Origin: Takakia lepidozioides
Taxonomy: Eukaryota > Plantae > Bryophyta
Length of the DNA: 64,000 nucleotides
Reading direction: 5' to 3'
Assembly (NCBI GenBank): GCA_030704615.1
Contig: CM060732.1
Location: 61,566,001-61,630,000, forward strand
The notes below the pieces were generated by a model. The model worked only from the letters and a program-made list of their open reading frames with translations. It was not told the DNA's origin and did not search any database. How positions within the stretch are numbered: position 1 is the first letter of the stretch; every line of letters starts with the position of its first letter. The translations under genes were made by a program, and so were the position numbers. Shown here piece by piece: positions 40,462-53,000 of the stretch.

Positions 40462-40605
40462 CTGAGGATGTGGAGGGAGTGTTCAACAATATGGCTGAAC
40501 GAGTATCGGTGTCATGGAACGCCGTGCTTGTAGGATTTGCACAACAAGGGTGCGGGATGGGGGCCTAGGGGAAGGGGTGAACCCCAACCACATCACATTT
40601 GTGCG
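40462..40605 (+). pseudogene. Isolated PLS PPR fragment
   Basis: GTGTTCAACAATATGGCTGAACGAG...GGGGTGAACCCCAACCACATCACATTT matches the cluster repeats. Confidence 0.85.
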
Positions 40606-40783
40606 AAGGGACCGTGGCTTTCCCTCATTTTGTCATTGGTAGTACGAACGTTGCTAATCCTTGTGAGGCTTAATTAGACAGCTTCCCAATCTCTGACGAC
40701 GTTGCTTCTTTGATCTGACTCTCCTGGTAAGAGTAAGGATTTCTAATCCTCCAGTGGAAAACTTCTTAAGCTCCCATAAATCA

Positions 40784-42190
40784 AAACAACATTCCAACAT
40801 TTAGGTCTGAGTTCAGCAAGCAGTTATGCGAATGTTTGCTTGTAATAGGAAAGAGAATGGGCAGAACCAACACTAAAAGAAATGTGCAAATTCTTCTTGT
40901 TTCAATATATTGAGGGATCTTGTGTGTATGTTGTCTCTTTGACTGTCACAAGTAATTCACCAGTCAATGTTGAGATTGTGGTGGTGCAGTCCGGGCTCAC
41001 ATCTGTTTGTGATGTGGCCAGTGGCCACTACCTGAGACAGGCAGACATCCCTGGTACCCACAAAAAAACTATATCAAAAGTGTCATGTCTGTCATGACAC
41101 TTTAGAGGTACTAGAAAACAAATGCAATTGTCTCATATGGCAAGATCAACAAGAAAAAAAATAAACAAACAGGTTGTTGGACACAAATGTATATCGAACA
41201 AGGAAATCACACCAATTAGATGATGACTTGACATGTGTGTGTAGGCAAGTAAATCAAAGAAGGAAACATTCCCAAAGTATCTGCAGGCAAGCATTGTACA
41301 CCATCAACTTGAATCGGCTCTTGGAAGTGGAACAGGTCAATCAACAATAGGTACACAAAAATCCAGCTTATCCTGGTACATTAAAATTTAGCTTTTGATG
41401 ATTTGAGTCTAGGCCTTGAACTGGGTAGTCTGGAGTTCATAAACAACATTTCAAACATTTATGTCTGAGTTCAACCAGCAGTTATGCGAATGTTTGCTTG
41501 TAATAGGAAAGAGAATGGGCAGAACCAACACCAAAAGAAATGTGCAAATTCTTCTTGTTTCAATATGATTGAGGGATCTTGTGTGTATGTTGTTTTATGT
41601 AAACAAACATGGAACCACCTTGTTTACATTCTAACCTGTGGCAGTCGAACCATTTTTACACCAAGCATTGTACACCATCCATTTGCGTTGGCTCTGGAAG
41701 GAAAACAAGTGGATCAACAATATGTACACTAAAATCCAGCTTATCTTGGTACATAAAAATTCAGCTTTTGATGATTTGAGTGTGGGCCTTGAACTAGCTA
41801 GTCCGAAGTGCTCAGCACTTACAATTTTACTTAGACTGTCACCAGTAATTCACAAGTCAATGTTGAGATTGTGGTGGTGCAGTCCGGGCTCACATCTGTT
41901 TGTGATGTCGCCACTGCTTGAGACAAACAGACATCCCTGGTACCCAAAAAGAAACTATAACAAACCTGTCATGTCTGTCATGACACTTTAGAGGTACTAG
42001 AAAACAAATGGAGTTGTCTCATATGGCAAGAGGAAGAAAGAAGAAGGAAAAAAAAACAAAACAACATGTTGTTGGACACACATGTATATCGAACAAGGAA
42101 ATCACACCCCAATCAGATGATGAGAATGGTGTGGTGGTAAGTAAAATCACAGAGAGGAGAATTTCAAAAGTATTTGCAGGCAACTGGTGT
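40784..42190. repeat. Complex local duplication of three modules (A-C-B-A'-B'-C')
   Basis: GCAGTTATGCGAATGTTTGCTTG at ~40819 and ~41478; AAAATCCAGCTTATC at ~41358 and ~41731; GACTGTCAC..TGTTGAGATTGTGGTGGTGCAG at ~40941 and ~41835. Confidence 0.8.
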
Positions 42191-42689
42191 ACTAGACGCT
42201 CTCACAACAGCACTTCTCTCGTCCTTTGCACCTATTACATACCTTGTTTTTAATTGTAGACAGTTAGCAAAATTATTGATATATCTCAGAAAAGGTTTGC
42301 AAATGTGCCTCGGTTACTAGGAGAATATTTGAAACTGAGGTAAGAATTACTAGGAGAATATTTGAAACTGAGGTAAGAACTTAGCATCACATGCACATAT
42401 AAGCAATTCTGACTGGACAGTTGCTGCTTTAATACTCGCACTTAGGACTACATGAGGCAAGTAGCAGGGCCTTCTAGATCCTGGCCCTTCCTTCTTACCA
42501 AAGAAGAGAAAAAGATAGACTTTGTAGCACTTTGTCTTGGCCCCATACGAATAGCCTACCAGCATTAGCCCGTCTCTCACCAAAATCATTTCATAAGCTG
42601 GAAAATCTGCATCCAAGAAACGGGACTTTCTAAATGCATATGACGAGCATGACTAGTCCACATAGGTTGTTTCTTCCATCCACCAACCA

Positions 42690-44070
42690 GAGCTAAATTC
42701 ATCTGACACAATCATGACTAGCCAGTAAGCGTGCATCTGCAACAGTAAAACTTAACTGGCAGTTGCCCGAGCCGCATCCTAGCCCCAACAGTGCCCAGAA
42801 TGTAGTTTCCATCAACTGACCCCACCATCTGATTTGAATTCATCTCGTCGGGAGCTTAAGGAAGGGATGCCAAACTCACCCCGAACAGCCACATTGGCTG
42901 TTTTGGAGCATGCTGACATGCACTCTTTAAGCACCCCATATAGCAGATCCGTACTCCAAAGCAGGTCTAATAATGCGGCAAAGCAAGGTTTGCTTGACCT
43001 CAGAGTTAATCCCTCTGCAGTGAAAAAAATTAGTGAGACTCAGCACTTTGCCTTTGCTAGTTTGAACAACTTTCTGGATGTGTACATCCCAGTTACAGTT
43101 GGAGGAAAACTCAATGCCTAGGTATGTGTAGGGAGGGAGGACTGGGATCTCTTGGCTATCCCACTGCCACTTAAGATCACTTCCTCCCTTTCCTCTATCG
43201 TTGAATGCCACAACTGCACATTTACTGACATTAGCCTCTAGCCCCCAAAGATCAAAGTATCTCTTCGCGCAATCAATGAATTCCTGGAAGTTGGAAGGAG
43301 TCTCCCCTATAACTGCGAAGTCATCTGCAAACATAAGGGTTGGAATGGTGGCATCACCCACCCTTAACCTAAATCCCTCATATTCCACATCCTCGAGGCG
43401 TTGATTGATGAAAACATTGAAGAGCAGAGGGGAGAGGGTACATCCTTGAGCTACACCTTGGTCTATGTCAAAAAAGTTGGACTTCTGTCCATTAACAGTG
43501 ACACAACTTTTGGTGTGAGCATACAAGTTATGGACAACTCTCCACATTTTTCCCTTGATTCCGCAAGACCAGAGGCGGAGCCATAGACCATCTCTCCACA
43601 CAGTGTAGGTTTTTGAAATATACTCCAGTTCATCAGGGCTGTTTTGAATCATAGGAACAGTTTTACCAACTGTGTCCTTCCATTTATCAGAGGACCCCTC
43701 ACTGTTAGACCAAGAAGTTCTGCCAAGGATACCCCAAGAATCCACTGCTCTTTTGACTTCATTTCTTGCATTGACTGCACAAGACTGAAGGTCTTGGAGC
43801 AAATGGACAAAATGAGGAAGAGCCTCCTGGAAGGCCTGGACATACTCAGCCTTGACCTCTTCATTATGGAATTTTTCTATGCGCCACTTCTGAATCGAAC
43901 GTTTCACAGATCTCTTGGTGTTGGGAAAACACATTTTGATCTCAGTCCAAACCAAGAAGTGGTCAGAGGTACCAATATCAGTTATGTCGATCAACACATT
44001 GGCACTCTGGGGAAACAAATTTTTGTCCATTATAATCCACAATGGAACGTTCCCAAGTTTGGGCTTTCTC
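42690..44070 (-). mobile_element. LINE (RTE/RTEX-like) fragment: APE endonuclease end and RT, with internal deletions
   Basis: GTSDHFLVW, VWRDGLWLRL, QGVAQGCTLSPLLFNVFI, LMFADD, YTYLG. Confidence 0.88.
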
Positions 44071-47000
44071 ACGAGTCCACTGCACTTGGTTACCTTTTGT
44101 CCTATTGTTCAAGGCCAGAAGCTGAAGCTCTTCCAAGGAATGCAACTCTCCTACAAGCGGCCCAACCCACCTTAGAAAATGTGTTTTTGCTGGCAGGGCG
44201 GATAGAGCTCAACATGGTGGAGGAACGAGTGGTCATGGTGGGATTTGTTAAGGAGACACCACGGGGTAGTGGTGCTCCTAGCCAACCACTACCTCAACGT
44301 GCTCAAGGCAACAAGGGGCTCAGGTGAAGCTTAGGGAAGGGTAGAGAGGACCTCAGATGCAGGGGTCTCTCCCTTCATTTGCTGGCCAACAATGGGCGGA
44401 TGTGGTGTGCTAGACATGTGGAGGACCCCATGTCAAGAAGGATTGCCCAAAGGGAGGCAAAGGGCCGGCACATGCACAGCTTGCACAGTTGCAGTGTGGG
44501 CATTGTGGCAAGCACGGGCATGGAGAGGCCCCGTGTTATGGTTTGCATCCTGAGTTGCGCCCAGGCCAGTTCCAAGGGAACAATGGTGGCCGGGGGCGAG
44601 GTGGAGCAGCCCAGAGAGGACGAGGTGGCCAGCCACAAGGTGCAGGCCAAGGGCAAGCTCAACATGGCCAAGGACGCGGAGGTCGGGGTGTTGACCAAGG
44701 CATGGCCAACCGGCTTCAGCAGCTAGAGCAGAGGCTCGCTGCCATGGCTACAACTCAGGTGGTACCGGCTCTAAGGCCGGATGGTCCACCTCCTGCTCCT
44801 GAGGGAGGAGATATGGGCGGCATGGGATTCATGTGTGGAGCAGCACTACCACTAGTGCAGGTGGAGTCTGCTGCAGCCGTGACTCGAGGAGCAACATGAG
44901 TTCCTGAGCCACGAGGTGCAGAGGTGGAGTTGGATCCACAGTGTGGGGAGGCAAGCGGTCAGGCTAGGCTTCCTCAGTCATTCACATTGGCGGAGACAGT
45001 GTCGACGCCATCCATGGCACCTAGTTCTCGTCCGACTGTTACCGAGGCGGAGGTTACTATGCCATTGGGAGAGCTACACGGGTAGCACCACTACCTAGTG
45101 TTGCCAAGGCTACGGCAGCTAGTGTGCTGCTAGGATCGGCCACATCTGTGTGCCAGGCTCCATTGTTCTCGGCTACCATGATTGCAACGCCGGGGGTAAG
45201 ACCAGCTGAGGTGTTCAGGCTGGCAGCTACACTCTGTGAGAGTGGGGAGGTTACTTCATCTTCTGCGGAGATAGTGGGAGGTGTAGTGCCGGAGGGATCC
45301 TTGGATTTGAGGGTCAAGATTGCCACGGCGGCGCCATGGCAAGCTGCAGCTGCCAGGTTGATGGAGCTGCCAGCTAGGCCAGCCATTGAGCGCGCCATGG
45401 TGACACCTGAAGTTGTCATGTTAGACAACCAGGATGGCATTTTCTGTTTGAGTGGACCGGCAGGCAAGAGGTACCGGCCACTGTGGGTCTTGTTGGACTT
45501 GGGAGCTCAGCCATTGATGCTGGGCAGAGCTGCTATTGGGAAGGCTTGGGCCTCACGGAGGCGGATATGGAGCCTTGTCCTTTCCAGATACAGACGTCTC
45601 TGGGAGGATTGGAGCAGACTCGGGGCATGACACGGCGTGAGTTGGCTATCAGACTACGGCCGGATCACCCTACAGATGGCTCAGTGATGCAAACCAAGGC
45701 CATTGTGACGATGTCCTGGTTGGTGGGGCAGTGTTGTACCCCATGGGCTTCACCCTGGATTTTTGGGAGGAGTCAGCTTCCTATAGGCCTGCATGGCAGT
45801 CAGGGGAGGGCCGGTGTGTGCAGCTCCCTGTGACGTTCATAGGAGGAGTTGCGGTTGCCCAGCGAGGCAAGATGCCGACACTAGCAGCATTCACAGCGGC
45901 AGTGAGTTGGCCTAGAGAGTTGCTTGAGGGCAACGCTCATTCAGAGGATGTGCCACCTCCGGGAGAGCAGGATGACATGTATGGTATGGCGGAGTTGCCT
46001 ACCATGGTTGCTCAAACTCCATTGTGGGGCACGAGCAAGGATTTGCAGCGGGATGCTGATCGACGGGTGCAACAAGCCTGGGTGGAGGCTTTTGTACCAT
46101 CAGGAGAGGAGGAGAGTGCGGGGATTGCACCAGGACCACCTCAGTTGTCTCCATTGGACACCACACCTATTGTGTGGCAGTATCCGGATGAAGGCATTTG
46201 TCTTCTGGACTTGTTTGGCGGGATCAGCACCGGATTGGCTGCTGTGTTACAGGTAGGTGTACAAGTTCGGTGTTACCTGTATGTGGAGAGGGATGAGACT
46301 ACATGATGCGTTTCACTTCGTCATGTTGCTCAGTTGGTGCAGCGGTACCCTGAGTTGTTGTCAATGTCTGCAATTTGTGGATATCAGCAGGCCTTGCCAG
46401 CAGACATTTTGTTGCTGGGGGCGCAGGATTTGGAGCGGGTTGGCTCCATTGATATGGTAGTGGCAGGTTGGACCTGCCAAGGGCATTCATCAGCCAGGCA
46501 TGGCAATGGATTGCGAGACTCGAGGTTGGGTCTGTTTTGGGAGATGGTGCGGGTTTTGCGCCACTTGTAGCTTCATCAAGCTGTATCTCCAGCATACATC
46601 TTGGAGAATGTGCCACAGATGGGCGATTGTCGGGCCAGGGTGATGGCCAGTGTGCATCAAGTCCGGTCGTGGCTTGGGTCAGCAGTGTTGCTAGATGCAG
46701 CTACAGTGGGGTCACGGGCTCATCGTCCACGGCTATGGTGGACTAACTTGATGCCACCCGCACTGCTCAAGCGTGCATTTGATGGGGTGCAGCGGCCAGC
46801 ACATCTCACAGTGGATAGCATTCAGGACACAGGGAGGCAGTCTCAGCGTGTGAGACACGATGACCGTTTGGCTTTGGCAGTGGTCAACAAGGTGGGTCAA
46901 CCACGAGCAACATTACCTACACTGCTCAGCTTCCCAGGATCGCATGCTTTCCGGGATAGTGGACCTGGCCTCATGTGGGATGCTCAATTGTAACAGTTAG

Positions 47001-49275
47001 TGGAGCCTAATGCTGATGAGCGTGAGCGGGCAATGGGTTTTACCACTGGTACCACGGCGGTGTCGTCTCTTTCTGAGGCATCACGTCGTCAAGTGTTGGG
47101 GCAAGCAATGGATCTCAATTGGTTGACCTGGATTATCAGCTTGGCTATGGCTGAGCAACGCAGAGTGCGGAGTACACTTCCCTCGATGGTCTTTCTGCCT
47201 ACCAAGACGGTACAGGCAGTGAGTGGGGGCGAGCATGTGAGGACCACGGGGTGCAGGCATCCATGGCACACGTGGGAGGTGCTCGAGGTTCAGAGGGAGT
47301 TGGCAGCCAAGGTGGCGATGAAAGATGAGGTTGGGGATTTTTTCTCGGGTGGAGGAAGTCCTTGAGGATGAGATGATGGGGCAGGATGAGGCCTCGTCAT
47401 TGACTGAGCAGGTAGGGAGTACTGCTCAAGAGGTTGCAACATAGCAACCACTGGACGCATCCTCTACCTCTAAGCCCACTGGACTTAAGGTTGCAGTTAC
47501 AGAGGACAATTGGGAGCCTGACATTGGACCCATTGTCACCGGAGGAGAGAGACGACGTATACGGCGGTTCCTGAGGGCTTACAGGAATTGCTTTGCCTTC
47601 AGTTTGAAGGACTTGGGAGCACTGAAGGGTCAAGAGATCCGTATTGAGTTGGCCACTGACACGCCAATCTTTCGGAGACCCTATAGATACAGTGACATGG
47701 AGAGGTCTTTGATTCAGATGAGGACTCAAGATCTCTGGGAGGCAGGTTTGATGGAGCTCTCTGGTGGAGAGTATGCTTCAGCCACAGTGATGCCAGCCAT
47801 TGGACGGAGAGACGTATGTGCCGTGATTACCGGCCTGTAAATTGTCAGACCAAGTCCGATAAGTATGCCATGCCAACACCAGAGGAGATCTTTGATGCCA
47901 TCGGGCATGCTAAGGTCTTTAGCACTTTGGATTTATGATCCGGATATCACCAGTTGTCAATCAAGGAGGCGGACAAGCAGAAAACGGCATTCTGGGGGAT
48001 CAATGAGCACGACAAGGATTGCCTATATCAGTGGCGGTTCTTACCATTTGGGCTTAAGAATGCTCCTGCAGAGTTTCAGAGAGTCATGGATAGGATTCTA
48101 GCAACGGTGGACTTTGCTCGATGCTACAGTGTTACGATGGAGGAGCATGAGAGACACCTTCAGGTGGTATTGGAGCGCTTGAGAGCGCACGGATTGAAGT
48201 TGCATCCGGGGAAGTGCAAGTTTTTCCACAACCAGATTGAGTATCTGGGTCACATGATATATCCTGGAGGATTGGGGGTACAGCAGACTAAGGTAGAGGC
48301 CATTGCACAAATTCCACGCCCCACGGATGTGAGCCGAGTTCGAGCTTTCATGGGGTTGGCAAACTATTATAGACGGTTTGTCAAGGGATTTAGTACCATT
48401 GCAAAGGCTCTAACCAAGCTGACCAAGGTGGACCAGGAGTGGCAGTGGGAAGATGAGCAGGAATGAGCTTTTCAAGAGCTCAAGGCGAGGTTGACCTCGG
48501 CGCCTATCCTGAGACGACCTATCAGAGGGCGTCCCTTTCAGCTGCATACGGATTGGAGCATGCTGGGGCTTGGAGCGGTGCTCACACAGATGGATGATGA
48601 GGGAAGAGAGTTTGTAGTGGCTTATGCTAGCCGCTCGAACAACGCTGCAGAGGCTAAGTACAGCTCATATGAGGGAGAGTGCTTAGCTGCAGTGTGGGCC
48701 GTGGCACACTTCAGGTGCTATCTATACGACAATCTTTTCACCCTTGTCACGGATCACCAGCCACTCAAGTGGTTGATGGAGTCAGACAAGCTTACAAGGA
48801 AGCTTGCACGGTGGGCACTCATACTCCAGGAATATGATTTCAGGTTATGCATCGACCGGGTTTGGTCAATCGGGATGTGGATGGATTGAGTCGCAATCCA
48901 TGCATGAGCCAGCAGGATGACACTGGAGCTCGGTGGCATGGTGAGACGGACGAGGAGATGGTGTTGGGATGGCACGCATCTGGATTTTTGTGTATCTTGG
49001 CATCGGGAGGTCAGGTTGGACCTATAACAGGGATGACTGTAGACGGAGTGTCTGAGGACCTTGAGGCTAGTGATGAGCCAGGTGGTGCCAGAGATATACA
49101 TGAGGATTGGCTGTGTTGGACTACCTCCGCACGGGAGACACGGCAGCCACTGTGACTGTCAGGGAGAGGGATCGGATCCTGCAACGAGCCAAGAGGTTCA
49201 AGTGGGAGGGGATACACCTACTTCGAGTGTAGGAGGATGGTCGGGTGAGGATTGTGCCTCACCCCACACAGCGGC
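44070..49275 (+). mobile_element. Degenerate Ty3/gypsy family C with embedded C5 DNA methyltransferase: gag-PR-DNMT-RT-RH-(INT start); LTRs not seen
   Basis: CGHCGKHGHGEAPC knuckle, VLLDLGAQ protease, DNMT motifs 46200-47120, RT (KTAFWG, LPFGLKNAPAEFQR), RNase H (LHTDWS, VVAYASR, TDHQPL). Confidence 0.9.
46190..47160 (+). pseudogene. C5-cytosine DNA methyltransferase domain (DNMT3/Dcm-like) within the gypsy pol
   Basis: Motif I LLDLFGGISTG, II YVERDE, IV VAGWTCQGHS, V DSRLGLF, VI ENV, VIII RAHRPRLWWTN, IX EPNADERERAMGF, X RRQVLGQAMD; one reading frame with three point stops. Confidence 0.9.
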
Positions 49276-49329
49276 ATGCCTTCAGTCCATTGGGCTTTTG
49301 TTTTCAAGCTTTAGAGAACTAGAAGAGAA

Positions 49330-49520
49330 GGCTGTGCCCTGTGGCCTGTGGGGCTGTGACGGGCTGTGACAGGCTGTGCCCCGTGGCCTGTGGGGCTGTG
49401 ACGAGCTATAAGGGGCTGTGACAGGCTATGGCCTGTGGCCTGTGGGGCTGTGACAGGCTGTGGCAGGCTGTGCACTGTGGCCTGTGGCGCTGTGAGGGGC
49501 TGTGACAGGCTGTGGCGGGC
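49330..49520. repeat. GGCTGTG (CACAGCC) degenerate microrepeat
   Basis: More than 15 GGCTGTG/GGCCTGTG units. Confidence 0.85.
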
Positions 49521-50040
49521 TGCACGCTGATCACATGCACGTACCCACACATCCGGATCATCAAGGTTAAGGACTTGAGCAGTGTCCGTACGAATGGTGC
49601 ATTACAAAGTCCAAAGGGCATGACTTTGTATGCATAAACACCCCAGTCTGTGATGAAAGCTGTCTTTCCTTGGTCTTCTTCTGCCACTTGCACTTGATTA
49701 TAACCACTGAAGCCATCCATGAATGAGTACATCTCATGGCCTGCCACAGTGTCTAATACTGCTTCTGTGAATGGCAAAGGGAAAGGATCTTTCTTCGTAC
49801 AAGCATTCAGCTTCTTGTAGTTCACACAAACTCTTAGTTTACCATTCTTCTTGGGAACTATCACAATGGGTGACAACCAAGTTGTATACTCTATTGGGTA
49901 TATAAACTTAGCCTCAGCCAACTTCTTGATCTCTTCTCCAACCTTCTGTGCGTAGTTGGGATTCATTCTGTACCTTGCCTGCTTGATTGGTACTGACCCT
50001 GGTTCCAGTTCAATCTTATGCTGACAAATTTCAGATGGTA

Positions 50041-53000
50041 TGTCGCGCACCTCACTTCGGTAAGCTCCCCTTCAAGTCATAGTTACTCGCTTTGATGCGC
50101 GCGCCTGTCTCCCAACCTGGCCGCCTGGGCCAACTTGGAGCTTCGGCTGCTCACCGGGACATAACGGTCCCCCTTCGCTTCCCACTAAACCCTCCACCTA
50201 TTTGGGACTAGGAGAATTCCCTTTTGTAGATGGCAGTCCGGAACAGCTCCCCACTCTTTGGTCGCTTTCCGGCTCGCTCGCTTACTCACTAGTTTTTGGT
50301 CACCAACGGGCTTGCACCGTTCTCGGGGTCACTACTCCCCTTATATATACTTCTGTAGCTGTCCGCGGGGGTTTCACAACCAGCCATGCTATTTTATGGC
50401 GAACCACCACGAAAACCCTCGACTCCCGGTGATGAGTCGCGGTGAGTCTTGGCCCACTCACCACGGCCCCTATGGACCGTGATGAGTCCCAAGACTCCCC
50501 ACGACTCCCACCACGAGGTCTCCGCCCCCATGGTGAGTCCTATGCCACCCCCACTAAGTCCCGCTAAGCTACCACCACCCCTTGTGGAGCCACCCCCACC
50601 GCAACCCGGTGTGCGGGGCTCCACCTAGTGAGCGCCTCCGCTTCCCTGAGTGCCTTGGGCACTCAAGGGTGCTTCAGCCCCCCCCATACCTATCGCTACC
50701 GCTGCCCCCACCACAGGGGCAGCCCCTCGTGTGTCCCGACCCCCTGCCCTCAAGGCAAAGGGCCGCGACACACACCCCTACCAACAGGGAGTCGATGTCC
50801 TCATCGACTTGTCCATTTTGTAGAAACGAACATCCAAGTTGTGGCGTCCCACATCAAGGAGTTTGTTTCCGTACCATGGCGTCCCATGGCAAAGAACCAA
50901 ACCCCACACTTGACTCTACTCTCTACTAGCTAGTTCGGCCGACTTCCTCCAAGTCCCGGCCAAGGGTGGAGCCTCTCCAGCTCCTCCCAGTGCACTCTTC
51001 TTGGCCTACTTCAAGGCCAAGGAACGATCCTCCCCGAGGATCGAATCGCCTTACTGCAACAACATTGCTTGCGATCGCTCATGATGCCGCTTTTGGCATC
51101 ACCTTGAGCAAGGGTTCCCTGGAACCCTCTTTGACTAGGAAGATAACCTTGAACCAACCGTGCGCCCCAATCACTACAATTGGGTCCGCCTTGGAATGCT
51201 GGCCTGAGGTACGGGAACACGCCGAAGCCGCACTACGACTTCGTCCCGAGGCTACACGATTATAGTACGTGAACGGAAGCACGTAGCTTCCGCGTTAGCC
51301 CGCACTACAAGGCAACCCCCTCGGTAGCGCAGTTATAGTACGCGCACGCACCAGGTGCGCACTAGCACGTGAACTCCCAAAGAAGTCGCAAGTTTCCTTG
51401 CCCCTTGGATGGGGGTCACCCGATTTCGGCACTACGCAAACACACGATTAACCCAATTTACCTCTCTCACTTTTATAAGCTAGCATGCATTCTACACACT
51501 AGCCAACCATACCATGCATCACCATTCCAAACAAAATAGGACGCACAACATTTGGAACCCATTTCCTTTATAACAAATTTTTGTACAATACAAGTTTTTG
51601 TAATCGGATTCCTAAGCTAGCTAAGCATGCATTTCCTCCCCCACGCTCCAAGGTTGATTTCCCCATCAACGCTTCTTCCGCTTTTGAGGTCGCCCTTCGA
51701 AAGCTGCAACCGCCTCAGATGCGTTTCCCATTTCTGAGGCACGCACCCAAGATGCCTCCACATGATGATAGCCCTTCCATTTGACGAGATACTCCGTTTC
51801 TCGGTTCTTGAACCTCCTCGACTTAAGTATTGCCTCCACCTCGTACTCAGGTTCATTTTCATGATCCAACAGCATAGGTGGCGGACGCAACACTTGATGC
51901 CGATTCGGACGCGCTTCATCTTTGAAGTAAGGCTTCAAAAGGGAGACATGGAATACTGGGTGCACCTTGCTGTTTGCCGGCAGCTCCAATTCATACACAT
52001 CCTCATTCATAACCTTTCGAATGCAAAAGGGTCCCGCATACGGAGGTACGAACTTCGGACTCACTTCCGGAGGTAGTCGAAAATTCTTGATGTTCAACCA
52101 GACCTCTGTGCCTGCCTCAAACTTCACTTCCCTCCGCTTCCGATTCGCCTGCCTTTCATACCGTTTCCTAGCTTTGGCAATGTTGTACTTTGCGAGCTTC
52201 AACAAACGCTCGCGTTCTTCCAGTACCGCCGCTACTGCCGGTTCCTCAACGTCCTGGGCGGCCCAACTTGTCGGCACCAGAGGTGCTTTTCCATAGACCA
52301 ATACGAAAGGGGAAACTCCCGTTGCGGAGTGTTTTGTGTTATTATAACAGAACTCTGCCGCGTCTAAGTGTTCCACCCAGTCTGTTTGGTCTGCCGACAC
52401 GTAATTCCGCAAGATCTGCTTCACTACGGAATTCACTCTTTCTGTTTGGCCGTCGGTCGTAGGTCGGAAGGCGGTGCTCATCTCAGCCTCGTCCCCATCT
52501 TCTTCCAAAGTGCCCTCCAAAATTTACTCGTAAACTTTGGATCGCGGTCCGAGACAATATCCTTCGGGACTCCATGATGCTTTAAGACGTGGGCGAAGTA
52601 AAGTCGCCCTGTCTCTTGCGCCGTTGCCGTCTCCTTGGTGGGGATGAAATGGCCCATTTTACTGAACCTATCCACCACCACCATGATTGCATCGAATCCT
52701 TTTGACAGCGGCATAGCAGTCATGAAATCCATCGAGACGCTTTCCCAAGTCCCCTCTGGAATCGGCAAGGGTTGTAACAGCCCCGCTTGCTTTTTGTACT
52801 CGCTCCGGTTTTGTTGGCATGTGGTGCATGTCTTGACATACTCCTCTGCCTCCTCCCTCAGTTTGGGCCAGAAATACTCTTTCTTCAAGAGTGCCGCAGT
52901 GCGCTTGGCTCCGCCGTGGCCCGCAAGCGGGCTATCATGGCATTCTCTCAAGAGGCTATCTCTGATCCCTCCCTTCGGCACGTAGAGACGCTTTTGCTTA

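Noticed and set aside
50582-51265. Antisense ORFs in the chromovirus LTR/3' UTR
   Set aside because: Short, frameshifted between copies B1 and B2, no recognisable motif.
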